Below, piece after piece: positions 8,585 to 17,944 of a stretch of 64,000 nt of DNA. A model generated the notes under the pieces. It ran no database searches, was not told the origin of the DNA, and was given only the letters and a program-made list of their open reading frames with translations. Every line of letters starts with the position of its first letter. The stretch's first letter is position 1. This stretch comes from an uncultured Alphaproteobacteria bacterium (lineage in GTDB: Bacteria > Pseudomonadota > Alphaproteobacteria > Acetobacterales > Acetobacteraceae). Both the position numbers and the translations under genes were made by a program. Location: contig CAWKCV010000002.1 of NCBI GenBank assembly GCA_963848205.1, positions 195,817 to 259,816 on the forward strand, in the 5' to 3' direction.

Positions 8585-11425
8585 GTGAAAGCTGATACTA
8601 GACTGACCACAATGCTCAACATTCCGCTTACGACGGCGCCGGAAGACGTGGCCAGCGTGCTCTCCCAGGCACTCGAGGAGCTTGGCGACGCACGCGGCGT
8701 ACGCACGCGGGAGGCGGCGCTGAGCACATTCCGGCGCCATCTGGCTCGAATCCAGCAACATGTGCGCGACGAGTTCGAGACATATCGCATGGCGGGCGTG
8801 GAAGCCGCGCAACGGCTGTCCGCGCTGACCGATGGCGTCGTGCGCGTGCTGTTCGACCATGCTGCGCGCGAAGTGGCGGGCCAGGCGGGCCTGCCCGAGC
8901 CGATCTGCATCGCGGCGACCGGCGGGTATGGCCGGTTCATGCTGGCGCCGTTCAGCGATATCGATCTGCTGTTCCTTGCCTCCGACGAGCCGGAGCCGGC
9001 CACGCTGCGCACGATCGAATACATGCTGTATTTCATGTGGGATCTCGGCCTCAAGGTGGGCCACGCGACGCGCAGCATCGCGCAATGTACGGCCTCCGCG
9101 CAGGACGACCTGACGATACGCACCAGCCTGCTGGATGCGCGCTATCTGGCCGGCGACGCTGCCTTGTTTGCCGAATTCGGCGTGGCTTTCGCACAGATGA
9201 ACGACGTGGCGGGCGCGACCTCGTTCGTCACCGGCAAGCAGGCCGAGCGCCAGGCGCGCCACCGGCGCTTCGGTGAAAGCGCTTTCCTCGTCGAGCCGAA
9301 CATCAAGGAAGGCCGCGGCGGCCTGCGCGATCTGCAGACGCAATACTGGATGGTGCGCGCGGCGTATGGCACTTACACGCCGAACGAACTGGTGCATGGC
9401 GGCCTCGGGCTGCTCGAACCGCAGGAACTGCGCAGGCTGCGTCGCGCGTGGGACTTTCTGTGGACCGTGCGTTTTCACATGCATTACATCAGCGGCCGTG
9501 CGGAAGACCGGCTGACGTTCGACCTGCAGCCGGTCGTGGGCGCGCGCATGGGCTACACGCGCCATGGCGTGCAGGACGGCGTGGAGCGCTTCATGCGCCA
9601 CTACTTTCTCACCGCGCGCGACGTGACGCGCATGATGCTGGTATTGGAACCGGTGGTGGTCCGCCACGCGCAAGGCGAGCCCGCGGTGCAGACCGAGCCG
9701 GACCGCGCGCTGCTGGAAGCCGGTTTCGTGCTGGCTGACGGGCAGCTCATGCCCGGGCGGCCGGACGATTTCGCGCACGAGCCGATCCGCATGTTGCGGA
9801 TGCTGCGGCTGGCACGTGTACGCCGGCTGAAACTGCATCCGCTGGCGATCCGCGCGTTGATAAGGCACGAGCGCGGCGCGGTCGCGTTGCGCGGCAATGC
9901 AGAAGCGGGCGAGATATTTCTCGATCTGCTCTGCGGCCAGACGCCCGACGGCAAGCCGGATGGCGCGCGTTGGCTGTCCATTCTGAACGAGAGCGGCATC
10001 ATCGGCCGCATGCTGCCGGATTGGGCGCGTGTGGTGGGCCAGATGCAGTTCGACACGTATCATATCTTCACCGTCGACGAGCACACGATCGAGGCGGTGC
10101 GCATTCTCAACAGCCTCGAAGCTGGCAAGCTGATCGATGTCGCCCCCGTCGCCAGCGGCATCATCGAGGACCTGCAATCGCGGCGTGCGCTGTATATGGC
10201 GATGCTGCTGCACGATATTGCCAAAGGCCGCGGCGGCGACCATTCTATTCTGGGCGCGGAAATTGCCGGCCAGGTGGGGCCGAGTTTCGGTTTGTCGGCA
10301 GAGGAGACCGAGACAGTTTCCTGGCTTGTGCTGCATCATCTGCTGCTGAGCCAGACGGCGTTCAAACGCGATATCGACGATCCGAAGACGATCTTCGATG
10401 TCGCCGAGGCGATACAATCGCCCGAGCGGTTGAAACTGCTGCTGGTGTTGACGGTGGCCGACATGCGCGCTGTCTCGCCGCGGGTGTGGAACGGCTGGAA
10501 GGCGACGTTGCTACGCGAGTTGTATGCGCGCGTTGCCGAAGTACTGGCCGGCGGGCTCTCGACGACGGAACGCGACGTGCGGGTCAAGCGCGCACGTGAT
10601 GCAGCCGACGAGATATTGGGTCGCAGCGGCTGGAGCGAGGAGGATCGCGGCGCCTACCTGGCGCTCGGCTATCCCGGCTACTGGCTGTCGTTCGATCCTG
10701 AAACGCATGCCCGCCATGCGCGTCTCGTGCGCGACTCCGAAGGCCGGGGCGCGCCGCTGACGGTGGTGACCGAGCCCAGCCCGGCGCGCGCGGTGACCGA
10801 GATCACCGTGTATGCCACCGATCATCCTGGATTATTCAGCAAGATTGCCGGCGCGCTCGCAGTCGCCGGCGCCTCCATCGTGGACGCGCGCATCCACACG
10901 ATGACAAACGGCTGCGCGCTCGACACGTTCTGGGTGCAGGACGCCGCCGGCGGCGCCTTCGACCAGCCGCACCGGATCGCCAAACTCGCGGTGCTGGTCG
11001 AGCAGGCGCTGAGCGGACATCTGCGCATGGAAAACGAGATTCCGAAACTCGCGCACGCTCTGGTAGGGCGCCGGATGCGCGCCATCCACGTGCCGCCACG
11101 CGTCGTGGTCGATAACCGCGCGTCGAACAATTTTACCGTGCTGGAAGTCAACGGTCGCGACCGGCCCGGGCTGCTGCACGACGTGACATCGGCGATCAGC
11201 GAACAGGGTTTGCAGATAGGCTCGGCGCACGTGACGACCTACGGCGTCCGCGCGGTGGACGTGTTCTATGTGAAAGATGTGTTCGGACTGAAAGTGGAGA
11301 ATGAGCGCAAGCTGGCGGGACTGCGCGAGGCGTTGTTGGGGGCGTTGAACGCAGAGGGCGGAGAAGGAGCCGGGTTGCCCACACCCAGCCGTCCGGTCCG
11401 GCGGGTCGAAGCGACGGGACCATGA
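8585..11425 (+). CDS. glnD: [protein-PII] uridylyltransferase / uridylyl-removing enzyme
   Basis: 946 aa. Nucleotidyltransferase region (ATGGYGR...SDIDLLFL), HD domain (LLHDIAKG) and two C-terminal ACT-like regions. The start (GTG 8585 or ATG 8612) is uncertain. Confidence 0.9.
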   Translation: MKADTRLTTMLNIPLTTAPEDVASVLSQALEELGDARGVRTREAALSTFRRHLARIQQHVRDEFETYRMAGVEAAQRLSALTDGVVRVLFDHAAREVAGQAGLPEPICIAATGGYGRFMLAPFSDIDLLFLASDEPEPATLRTIEYMLYFMWDLGLKVGHATRSIAQCTASAQDDLTIRTSLLDARYLAGDAALFAEFGVAFAQMNDVAGATSFVTGKQAERQARHRRFGESAFLVEPNIKEGRGGLRDLQTQYWMVRAAYGTYTPNELVHGGLGLLEPQELRRLRRAWDFLWTVRFHMHYISGRAEDRLTFDLQPVVGARMGYTRHGVQDGVERFMRHYFLTARDVTRMMLVLEPVVVRHAQGEPAVQTEPDRALLEAGFVLADGQLMPGRPDDFAHEPIRMLRMLRLARVRRLKLHPLAIRALIRHERGAVALRGNAEAGEIFLDLLCGQTPDGKPDGARWLSILNESGIIGRMLPDWARVVGQMQFDTYHIFTVDEHTIEAVRILNSLEAGKLIDVAPVASGIIEDLQSRRALYMAMLLHDIAKGRGGDHSILGAEIAGQVGPSFGLSAEETETVSWLVLHHLLLSQTAFKRDIDDPKTIFDVAEAIQSPERLKLLLVLTVADMRAVSPRVWNGWKATLLRELYARVAEVLAGGLSTTERDVRVKRARDAADEILGRSGWSEEDRGAYLALGYPGYWLSFDPETHARHARLVRDSEGRGAPLTVVTEPSPARAVTEITVYATDHPGLFSKIAGALAVAGASIVDARIHTMTNGCALDTFWVQDAAGGAFDQPHRIAKLAVLVEQALSGHLRMENEIPKLAHALVGRRMRAIHVPPRVVVDNRASNNFTVLEVNGRDRPGLLHDVTSAISEQGLQIGSAHVTTYGVRAVDVFYVKDVFGLKVENERKLAGLREALLGALNAEGGEGAGLPTPSRPVRRVEATGP

Positions 11426-11571
11426 CATAGCGGAGCGTCCGGCCACGGGCTGATGCCTATGATGCAGTTCGACCGCGCGCCGACACAATGGACATTGCCG
11501 AGTCAGTCGGAGGCGTGAATACGATTGCCTTGGTCACAACTCCATGAAATGTTCCGTCTGCGTTCGATGTT

Positions 11572-13485
11572 TTGGGGGGGGTACACCAAATTCGCTTCAT
11601 CGGGGCTAGACAGGCCGGTTCGAACTTTGATCCGCTTTCGATTGGGCAATCTGACCCTGCTTGGCTGAATGCGAGTGGCTCAGGCTTGGCAGTGGCGCCC
11701 ATGATGGCCGCGGCGATCGTGCCTCATCGGCTCGATAGCGGCATCTCGTTGAGCATCGTGGGCATGCCGAGCGGAGCCGTGAACGAGTATATCGACGTGC
11801 CGCAAGCGCTCACGTTCCAGGTCGACGTCGCCGATCCTACACTCGGAGAAGACGCGAGCTCACTGCAAATCACTGCTACCGCTGCCGGGGCCCGATACCT
11901 CAATGTCGGGCCGATCACGATGCTGCCGAACGACGTGTATGAAGGCGTCGCGACTGTCACCTACGAACCTGGGCAGTTCCAGCAAGGATCCGTCGCGATC
12001 AGCCTGACCGCGACGACAATACTCGGAAATGCTTCACCGACGCAGATCTTTTCGGCGAACATCACGACTGTAGATCCTTCGCCCTACGTCCAGGCGCAGA
12101 TCGGCACATTGAGCTTCAACGAAAATTATGATTCCGCAGCAAACGGCACGCTTTCCTTTTCGGATGGCGTCTACATCGACGACATCACCTCGAGCGGAAT
12201 CAGCGACGCTGGCGATTGCACGCTCGTTGCAACGTCGTCGAATACCGCCCTGATCAATAGCCACGACATCAAACTGGCGAATGAAGGTGCCGGCAATTTT
12301 GCCCTGAATCTCGAATCCGAGGCGGGTCAGTTCGGTTCGACCAATGTCACGCTGACCGCATCCGACGGTCACAGCACAGGCTCTCTCGTCATCCCGGTCA
12401 CCGTGCACGAAGTAGCGGTTCGGCCGGTGATCACGGCACCTGCCGTGGCGAACTATTTCGAGCTATCGACCGCCCGGACCATCTCCATCCCGTTCAGCGC
12501 AACCGATCCCAACGCTTTGCCCATCGTCAGCGTCAGCACACTGGGCACGACGTCGCCCTGGCTGCACCCGACCCTTGTTACAGGTGCAAACGGCCACGAT
12601 ACATTGCGGCTGGTGGTCGATGGCTACGGATCGGGCACCGGGACGATTCAAATCAACGCCAACTCGTTTCAAGCGGTCGGCGAGGCGAGTTCGTCCGATA
12701 ATGTCGTAGTCAACGTAGCCCATGAGCATCTCGACTTTTCGATACCGGCCGCCTTGTCATTCAGCATTCCTGAAGGCGACGGTTATGCGGTCCTGACCGG
12801 GTTCGGCCAAATACCTGTCACGCACGCGAACAACGACCAATTCTCGTTCAACATCGTGTCGGGCGATCCGATTATCGGCGGTCAGCCACTCTACTCGATC
12901 AGCAACACCGGCCGCATCTATCTCAATGGTCAGGACACCTGGCAGCCGGGCACAACCAATCGCACTGTCATGCGCGTCCTGGTCACCAACGGGGCTCACA
13001 CACATGCCGAGACGCTCGCCGTGTCAGTCACGGACGCGTCGCCGCCTATCATGACGATTGTTGGTACGACGGCTCATATGGCCGGTGGCAAGATTGTCGA
13101 TGGCAATATCCACGTCACCGCGACGGACCCGCACGGACTGGCTTTGCAGATAGCAATCTCAAACGAGACGATCAATTCCGGCGCGAAGCCTTATTTCATT
13201 GCAGGCATTTCGAAGACGGGCACGACCTACAACGCCAACATTGCGGTCCCACCCACGGCACCCAACGCCAGTGTCGCGGACACGCTGACCATTACCGCCA
13301 CCGATGAGCAGGGCCTGCAAACGGTCGAATCGATTGCTTTCTTCCCCGATTTTATCGGCACCAACGCAAAGCTGGGCAGCGTTTCGTCGTCTGTAAGTAG
13401 CCAAGGCGGCGTGTTCAGCCGTGAGTTCGCCCAGGATAATACTTCATTCGGCCTGCATCATGGTCTGATGATACTCAGCCGGTGA
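11572..13485 (+). CDS. hypothetical repeat-module protein, adhesin-like (about five ~100-aa beta-sandwich/cadherin-like modules); start uncertain
   Basis: The only long ORF here and the only one with sensible composition (T/S/N/V/I/D-rich). The segment at ~12757-13047 follows a cadherin-repeat-like pattern. No signal peptide. TTG start inside a G8 run; first ATG at 11701. Confidence 0.6.
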   Translation: MGGVHQIRFIGARQAGSNFDPLSIGQSDPAWLNASGSGLAVAPMMAAAIVPHRLDSGISLSIVGMPSGAVNEYIDVPQALTFQVDVADPTLGEDASSLQITATAAGARYLNVGPITMLPNDVYEGVATVTYEPGQFQQGSVAISLTATTILGNASPTQIFSANITTVDPSPYVQAQIGTLSFNENYDSAANGTLSFSDGVYIDDITSSGISDAGDCTLVATSSNTALINSHDIKLANEGAGNFALNLESEAGQFGSTNVTLTASDGHSTGSLVIPVTVHEVAVRPVITAPAVANYFELSTARTISIPFSATDPNALPIVSVSTLGTTSPWLHPTLVTGANGHDTLRLVVDGYGSGTGTIQINANSFQAVGEASSSDNVVVNVAHEHLDFSIPAALSFSIPEGDGYAVLTGFGQIPVTHANNDQFSFNIVSGDPIIGGQPLYSISNTGRIYLNGQDTWQPGTTNRTVMRVLVTNGAHTHAETLAVSVTDASPPIMTIVGTTAHMAGGKIVDGNIHVTATDPHGLALQIAISNETINSGAKPYFIAGISKTGTTYNANIAVPPTAPNASVADTLTITATDEQGLQTVESIAFFPDFIGTNAKLGSVSSSVSSQGGVFSREFAQDNTSFGLHHGLMILSR

Positions 13486-13526
13486 TCGGCTCCGGTCCAG
13501 CTATACGATTCTGAAAGCCGAGGGTC

Positions 13527-13901
13527 CTATCGGACAACCTGACGGGCCTGCCAGCCTTCGCGTCGCAGCCAGCCCCAGGCGCCAAGGGCCAGGCCGGCGG
13601 CGGCCCAGGTGGCGTTGTAGTTTTCGATGCCGGCGATGCCGATGAGCACGGCGGCGAGTTGGGCGGGAAAGCCGCCGCGCCAGGCGAAGCCCCACAGCCC
13701 GAAGGCGAGCGGCAGGCTGCCAAGGAGGTATCGCCCCTGCAGCCAGATCAGCCCTGAGCGCGGGACACATGCCATGGGCCGAACTGCCTGCACACAGGCG
13801 GCGCCCCACTCGCGGGGTTCGATGATTTCGAGCCGATAGACGATCAGCACAGTTGCCGTGCTTACCGCCGCTGCCAATCCGATGACGTCTCTCCGCCGCA
13901 T
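13527..13901 (-). CDS. hypothetical small integral membrane protein (~124 aa, 3-4 hydrophobic spans)
   Basis: ORF 13527..13943. I prefer the internal ATG at 13901 (MRRRDVIGLAAAV...) because the first 14 codons lie in the repeat element. W/G/L/A-rich hydrophobic segments; no recognisable family. Confidence 0.45.
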   Translation of the reverse strand: MRRRDVIGLAAAVSTATVLIVYRLEIIEPREWGAACVQAVRPMACVPRSGLIWLQGRYLLGSLPLAFGLWGFAWRGGFPAQLAAVLIGIAGIENYNATWAAAGLALGAWGWLRREGWQARQVVR

Positions 13902-13920
13902 AGACTTTGCCCTAAGGATC

Positions 13921-13962
13921 AAAATTTTTGGTTCTTTTTTCAAAAAAGAACCGCTTCCTTGC
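13921..13962 (+). repeat. palindromic intergenic element, copy A (forward)
   Basis: aaaatttttGGTTCTTTTTTcAAAAAAGAACCgcttccttgc, a perfect 11-bp inverted repeat. Lies between the divergent membrane-protein gene and glyQ. Confidence 0.85.
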
Positions 13963-14020
13963 GCTAACCTTCGTCGCTGTCTAGGTCCGTCCAGCCTCGT
14001 TCAAGGATTCGCGCCCTCCA

Positions 14021-14896
14021 ATGCCCGCCCCGAGCTTCCAGGATATCATCCTCCGCCTGCATGCCTACTGGGCGGCGCAGGGCTGCGTGATCCTGCAGCC
14101 CTACGACGTCGAGATGGGCGCGGGCACGTTCCATCCGGCGACCACGCTGCGCGCGCTGGGGCCGAACCCGTGGCGGGCGGCCTATGTGCAGCCGTGCCGC
14201 AGGCCGAGCGACGGGCGGTATGGCGAGAATCCGAACCGCCTGCAGCATTACTACCAGTATCAGGTGATCATGAAGCCGAGCCCGGCGGATGCGCAGGCGC
14301 TGGTGCTGGAGAGTTACGGGGCGATTGGCATCGACATGTCGCTGCATGATTTCCGCTTCGTCGAGGACGATTGGGAGAGCCCGACTCTGGGCGCCTGGGG
14401 GCTCGGATGGGAGGTGTGGTGCGACGGGATGGAGGTGACGCAGTTCACCTATTTCCAGCAGGTGGGCGGCATTGCGGTGGTCACTCCCTCGGCCGAGTTC
14501 ACGTATGGGCTCGAGCGGCTGGCGATGTATGTGCAGGGCGTGGAGAGCGTCTACGACCTGGATTTCAACGGGCGGGGTGTGACATACGGCGACGTGTTCC
14601 TGCGGGGAGAGCGGGAATACAGCGCATATAATTTCGAGGCGGCCGATACGGCGATGCTCGCGCGGCATTTTGCCGATGCGGAGGCGGAGTGCACGGCGCT
14701 GATCGGTCGGGCGCTGCCGTTGCCGGCTTATGACCAGTGCATCAAGGCGAGCCATCTATTCAATCTGCTGGATGCGCGCGGCGTGATCAGCGTGTCGGAG
14801 CGGGCGAGCTATATCGGGCGGGTGCGTGTGCTGGCGAAGGCATGTTGCGAAGGGTGGCTGGCGGGAGAGAATGCACCAGCCAAGCTGGCAATCTGA
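14021..14896 (+). CDS. glyQ: glycine--tRNA ligase alpha subunit
   Basis: 291 aa. [43 protein letters not shown] is highly characteristic of GlyQ. Confidence 0.95.
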   Translation: MPAPSFQDIILRLHAYWAAQGCVILQPYDVEMGAGTFHPATTLRALGPNPWRAAYVQPCRRPSDGRYGENPNRLQHYYQYQVIMKPSPADAQALVLESYGAIGIDMSLHDFRFVEDDWESPTLGAWGLGWEVWCDGMEVTQFTYFQQVGGIAVVTPSAEFTYGLERLAMYVQGVESVYDLDFNGRGVTYGDVFLRGEREYSAYNFEAADTAMLARHFADAEAECTALIGRALPLPAYDQCIKASHLFNLLDARGVISVSERASYIGRVRVLAKACCEGWLAGENAPAKLAI

Positions 14897-14937
14897 CATC
14901 CCGATTGACTCGCCCGTCACGGAGCCCAATCTTGCTG

Positions 14938-15050
14938 GGACCGAGGGGAGCCCTGCGTGGGGCTGAGAGTTCGCGGTAGCGATGACCCTTTTCTGGCGGG
15001 CGGCTTGGCCGTTCGCTCACCTGATCCGGGTCATGCCGGCGGAGGGACGG
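14938..15050 (+). promoter_or_regulatory. TPP (thi-box) riboswitch
   Basis: GGGGAGCCCTGCGTGGGGCTGAGA ... ACCC ... ACCTGATCCGGGTCATGCCGGCGGAGGGA matches the conserved THI-element core. It ends 2 nt before the thiS ATG, overlapping the GGGACGGGGA Shine-Dalgarno region. Ends are approximate. Confidence 0.85.
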
Positions 15051-15052
15051 GG

Positions 15053-15283
15053 ATGACGGCCGAAACACTGGATGCAAGTTTGCTGGCGATCAGCGTGAAC
15101 GGCGAGGCGCGCCGTGTGAGCGGCGGCCTGTCGGTGGCCGGGCTGCTCGATGAACTAGGGCTGGACGTGCGCAAGGTGGCCGTGGAGCGCAACCAGGCGA
15201 TCGTGCCGCGATCGCTCTATGGGCAGACGCAACTGTGCGCGGCGGACCAGATCGAGATCGTGCATTTCATCGGGGGTGGCTGA
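15053..15283 (+). CDS. thiS: sulfur carrier protein ThiS
   Basis: 76 aa ending ...EIVHFIGGG (C-terminal GG). ATG at 15053 sits right after the riboswitch and directly upstream of thiG. Confidence 0.85.
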   Translation: MTAETLDASLLAISVNGEARRVSGGLSVAGLLDELGLDVRKVAVERNQAIVPRSLYGQTQLCAADQIEIVHFIGGG

Positions 15284-15286
15284 ACC

Positions 15287-16081
15287 ATGGACAGCATTGC
15301 GACTGGGCTCGACGATTGCTGGGTGGTCGCCGGGCGGCGTTTCACCTCCCGCCTGATCGTGGGCACCGGCAAATACAAGGATCTGGCCGAGACCGCGGCC
15401 GCGGTGGCCGCATCCGGCGCCGAGATCGTGACGGTGGCCGTGCGGCGGGTGAATTTGTCGGATCCGGCGGCACCGATGCTGCAGGATTTCCTCGATCCCG
15501 CGCGCATCACCTATCTGCCCAACACTGCCGGCTGTTTCACCGCGAGCGATGCGGTGCGCACACTGCGCCTGGCACGCGAGGCGGGCGGTTGGAATTTGGT
15601 GAAGCTGGAGGTGCTCGGCCCGCCGCCGTTCCTGTATCCGGACATGCCGGCGACGTTCGAGGCGGCGCGCGCGCTGATCGATGACGGGTTCGAGGTGATG
15701 GTGTATTGCGCCGACGACCCGGTGGCCGCGCGCCGGCTGGAGGAGATGGGCTGCGTGGCCATCATGCCGCTCGGCGCCCCGATCGGGTCCGGCCTGGGGC
15801 TGCAAAACCCGGCGATGATTTCGATTCTGAAGGAGCAAGCCGGAGTGCCGGTGCTGGTCGATGCCGGCGTGGGCACGGCGTCGGACGCGTGTATCGCGAT
15901 GGAGTTGGGCTGCGACGCGGTTCTGCTGAATTCGGCGATCGCCCACGCCAGCAACCCGATCCTTATGGCGCACGCCATGCGCGCCGCCGTGCAAGCCGGC
16001 AGGGACGCCTACCTCGCCGGCCGCATGCCCCGCCGCATGGGCGCCGACCCAAGCAGTCCATTGACCGGCCTGATCAGGTAA
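15287..16081 (+). CDS. thiG: thiazole synthase ThiG
   Basis: 264 aa. [14 protein letters not shown] ... VKLEVLG ... [13 protein letters not shown] ... [11 protein letters not shown] is typical of ThiG. Confidence 0.92.
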   Translation: MDSIATGLDDCWVVAGRRFTSRLIVGTGKYKDLAETAAAVAASGAEIVTVAVRRVNLSDPAAPMLQDFLDPARITYLPNTAGCFTASDAVRTLRLAREAGGWNLVKLEVLGPPPFLYPDMPATFEAARALIDDGFEVMVYCADDPVAARRLEEMGCVAIMPLGAPIGSGLGLQNPAMISILKEQAGVPVLVDAGVGTASDACIAMELGCDAVLLNSAIAHASNPILMAHAMRAAVQAGRDAYLAGRMPRRMGADPSSPLTGLIR

Positions 16082-16124
16082 AAGTTTTTTGGTCCTTTTC
16101 CGTGAAAAAGGACTGCTTCCTTCC
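16081..16124 (+). repeat. palindromic intergenic element, copy B (forward)
   Basis: aaagttttttGGTCCTTTTccgtgAAAAAGGACtgcttccttcc. It begins on the last base of the thiG TAA stop. Confidence 0.85.
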
Positions 16125-16156
16125 TTTAGCCCTCCCCCGCCTCTACAAGCGGCTTA

Positions 16157-17134
16157 ATGCTCCCCTTGCAGCCTCGCCCCCGCCCGGCCGATCCGCTGAT
16201 CTCGATCATCGTGCCGGTCTATAACGAGGCCGATGCGGTGGATGCCTTCCTGGCGCAGATAGCGCCCGAGCTCGCACGCTGCGGCGCCCGCACGGAGATC
16301 ATCTTCGTCAATGACGGATCGAAGGATGCGACGCTGGCGATGCTGATGGCGCGCGCGCAGTCGGCGCCGGACCTGCGTGTGGTGAACTTGTCGCGCAATT
16401 TCGGCAAGGAAGCCGCTATGACCGCGGGGCTCGATGTGGCGCAAGGCGATGCCGTCGTGCTGATCGATGTGGATCTGCAGGACCCGCCCGAGCTGCTGAC
16501 CCGGTTCGTGGCGCTTTGGCGCGAGGGCTACGACGTGGTTTACGGCCTGCGGGAAAGCCGGCAGGCGGACGGGCGGCTGAAGGCGATGACGGCTGGGCTG
16601 TTCTACCGGGTGTTCAACCGCATGTCGGCGACGCCCATTCCGCACAATGTGGGCGATTTCCGGCTGATCGACGCGCGTGTGGTGCATGCTATCCGGCAAC
16701 TGCCGGAGCGCGGGCGTTTCATGAAGGGGCTGTTCGCCTGGGTCGGCTTCCCCTCGATCGCGGTGCCGTATGTGCGGCCGGCGCGCCTGCACGGCACGAC
16801 GAAATGGAATTACTGGAAGCTGTGGAATTTCGCGATCGAGGGGATCGTGAGTTTCTCGACGGCCCCGCTGCGGATCTGGACATATTTCGGGGTCGTGCTG
16901 GCGCTGGGCGCGGTTTTTTATGCCGCGTTCATCCTGCTGCATCGTCTGCTGATGGGCGTCGATGTGCCGGGCTATGCGTCGCTGATTATCGTGTTGCTGT
17001 TCAGCACGGCGGCCAACCTGATCTCGCTTGGCATGATCGGCGAATATGTCGGCCGGTTGTTTGTGGAGACGAAGCAGCGGCCGATTTATCTGCTCGAGGG
17101 CATTTACGGCGCCGATGGGCGCGCGGCGGATTAG
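16157..17134 (+). CDS. family-2 glycosyltransferase, polyprenyl-phosphate sugar transferase type (GtrB/ArnC/DPM1-like)
   Basis: 325 aa. ISIIVPVYNE, FVNDGSKD, DVDLQDPPE, and two C-terminal transmembrane helices, the typical GtrB-like architecture. Confidence 0.8.
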   Translation: MLPLQPRPRPADPLISIIVPVYNEADAVDAFLAQIAPELARCGARTEIIFVNDGSKDATLAMLMARAQSAPDLRVVNLSRNFGKEAAMTAGLDVAQGDAVVLIDVDLQDPPELLTRFVALWREGYDVVYGLRESRQADGRLKAMTAGLFYRVFNRMSATPIPHNVGDFRLIDARVVHAIRQLPERGRFMKGLFAWVGFPSIAVPYVRPARLHGTTKWNYWKLWNFAIEGIVSFSTAPLRIWTYFGVVLALGAVFYAAFILLHRLLMGVDVPGYASLIIVLLFSTAANLISLGMIGEYVGRLFVETKQRPIYLLEGIYGADGRAAD

Positions 17135-17142
17135 GACTACCG

Positions 17143-17853
17143 ATGGACCTCAAAGAACAGGAGATACTGGGCGAGCAGGCCGACCGCCATTGGTATTACC
17201 GGGCGAAGTCGGCCGCCATGCTGGCCACACTCGCTACCGCGCCCACGAATATTCTCGATGTGGGCGCCGGCTCGGGGTTTTTCTCGCGCTATCTGCTCGA
17301 CCATACGGGCGCCGCACGCGCGACCTGCGTTGATCCGAACTATCCGGACGAGCACGACGAGACTCAGAACGGCAAGCCGATCCGCTTCGTGCGGCGGGTG
17401 CACGATTTCGACGGCGATCTCGTGCTGATGATGGACGTGCTCGAACACGTGCCGGACGATACCGCGTTGCTCACGGAATATGCGGCCCATCTCAAGCCAG
17501 GTGCGCGCGTGCTGATCACGGTGCCCGCACATATGTGGATGTGGAGCGGGCATGACGTGTTCCTCGAGCATTACCGGCGCTACACCGTGCGCGAGGTGGA
17601 TGCGCTGATCGCCAGGGCCGGTTTGACGCGGTTGCGCAGCTTCTATTATTTCGGATTGGCGCTGCCGCTGGCTGCGACCCTGCGCATCGGGAGGCGGCTG
17701 AACCCGCTCTACACAGAGAACCCCGGTTCGGACATGCGTCCGCACGGAAAACTCGTCAACGCCGCGTTGTTGGGTCTCACAAAACTAGAACAGCCCTTTT
17801 TGGGCGTAAACCGCCTCGCCGGCCTCTCCGTCTTCGCCCTGGCCACAAGATAG
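17143..17853 (+). CDS. class I SAM-dependent methyltransferase
   Basis: ATG at 17143 is in frame within ORF 16516..17853. ILDVGAGSGFFS (motif I) and LVLMMDVLEHVPDD. The upstream 209 codons of that ORF overlap the GT2 gene in another frame and read as nonsense. Confidence 0.75.
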   Translation: MDLKEQEILGEQADRHWYYRAKSAAMLATLATAPTNILDVGAGSGFFSRYLLDHTGAARATCVDPNYPDEHDETQNGKPIRFVRRVHDFDGDLVLMMDVLEHVPDDTALLTEYAAHLKPGARVLITVPAHMWMWSGHDVFLEHYRRYTVREVDALIARAGLTRLRSFYYFGLALPLAATLRIGRRLNPLYTENPGSDMRPHGKLVNAALLGLTKLEQPFLGVNRLAGLSVFALATR

Positions 17854-17862
17854 CCAATTTCC

Positions 17863-17908
17863 AAAAGTTTTCTGGTCCTTTTTTCCAAAAAAGGACTGCT
17901 TTCTTTCC
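17863..17908 (+). repeat. palindromic intergenic element, copy C (forward)
   Basis: aaaagttttctGGTCCTTTTTTccAAAAAAGGACtgctttctttcc, 9 nt after the methyltransferase stop. Confidence 0.85.
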
Positions 17909-17944
17909 TTCCTCTCTCGCCCCAGTAGCGCTAGCACGCACCCC

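Noticed and set aside
7796-10417. 873-aa ORF on the minus strand spanning the mutS 3' end and most of glnD
   Set aside because: It is antisense to two genes with unmistakable motifs. The translation is Arg/His/Ala/Gly-rich with no recognisable domain. Long stop-free antisense frames are expected in DNA this GC-rich.
11572-13485. Calling the adhesin-like ORF a horizontally acquired island on GC content
   Set aside because: Single 60-nt lines count ~48-55% G+C, against ~68% in glnD. However, my hand count of third positions gave 78% for 50 codons from 11701, and later parts look to be about 70%. The low overall GC therefore mostly reflects the T/S/N/I/D-rich protein. There is no integrase, tRNA or direct repeat at the borders.
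14957-15052. Upstream extension of the thiS ORF (start at 14957)
   Set aside because: The extension lies entirely inside the TPP riboswitch. ThiS proteins are ~66-76 aa, and ATG 15053 has the GGGACGGGGA Shine-Dalgarno sequence.
16516-17142. N-terminal 209 codons of ORF 16516..17853
   Set aside because: They overlap the GT2 gene in a different frame with Arg/Gly-rich nonsense. The methyltransferase fold begins just after the internal ATG at 17143.
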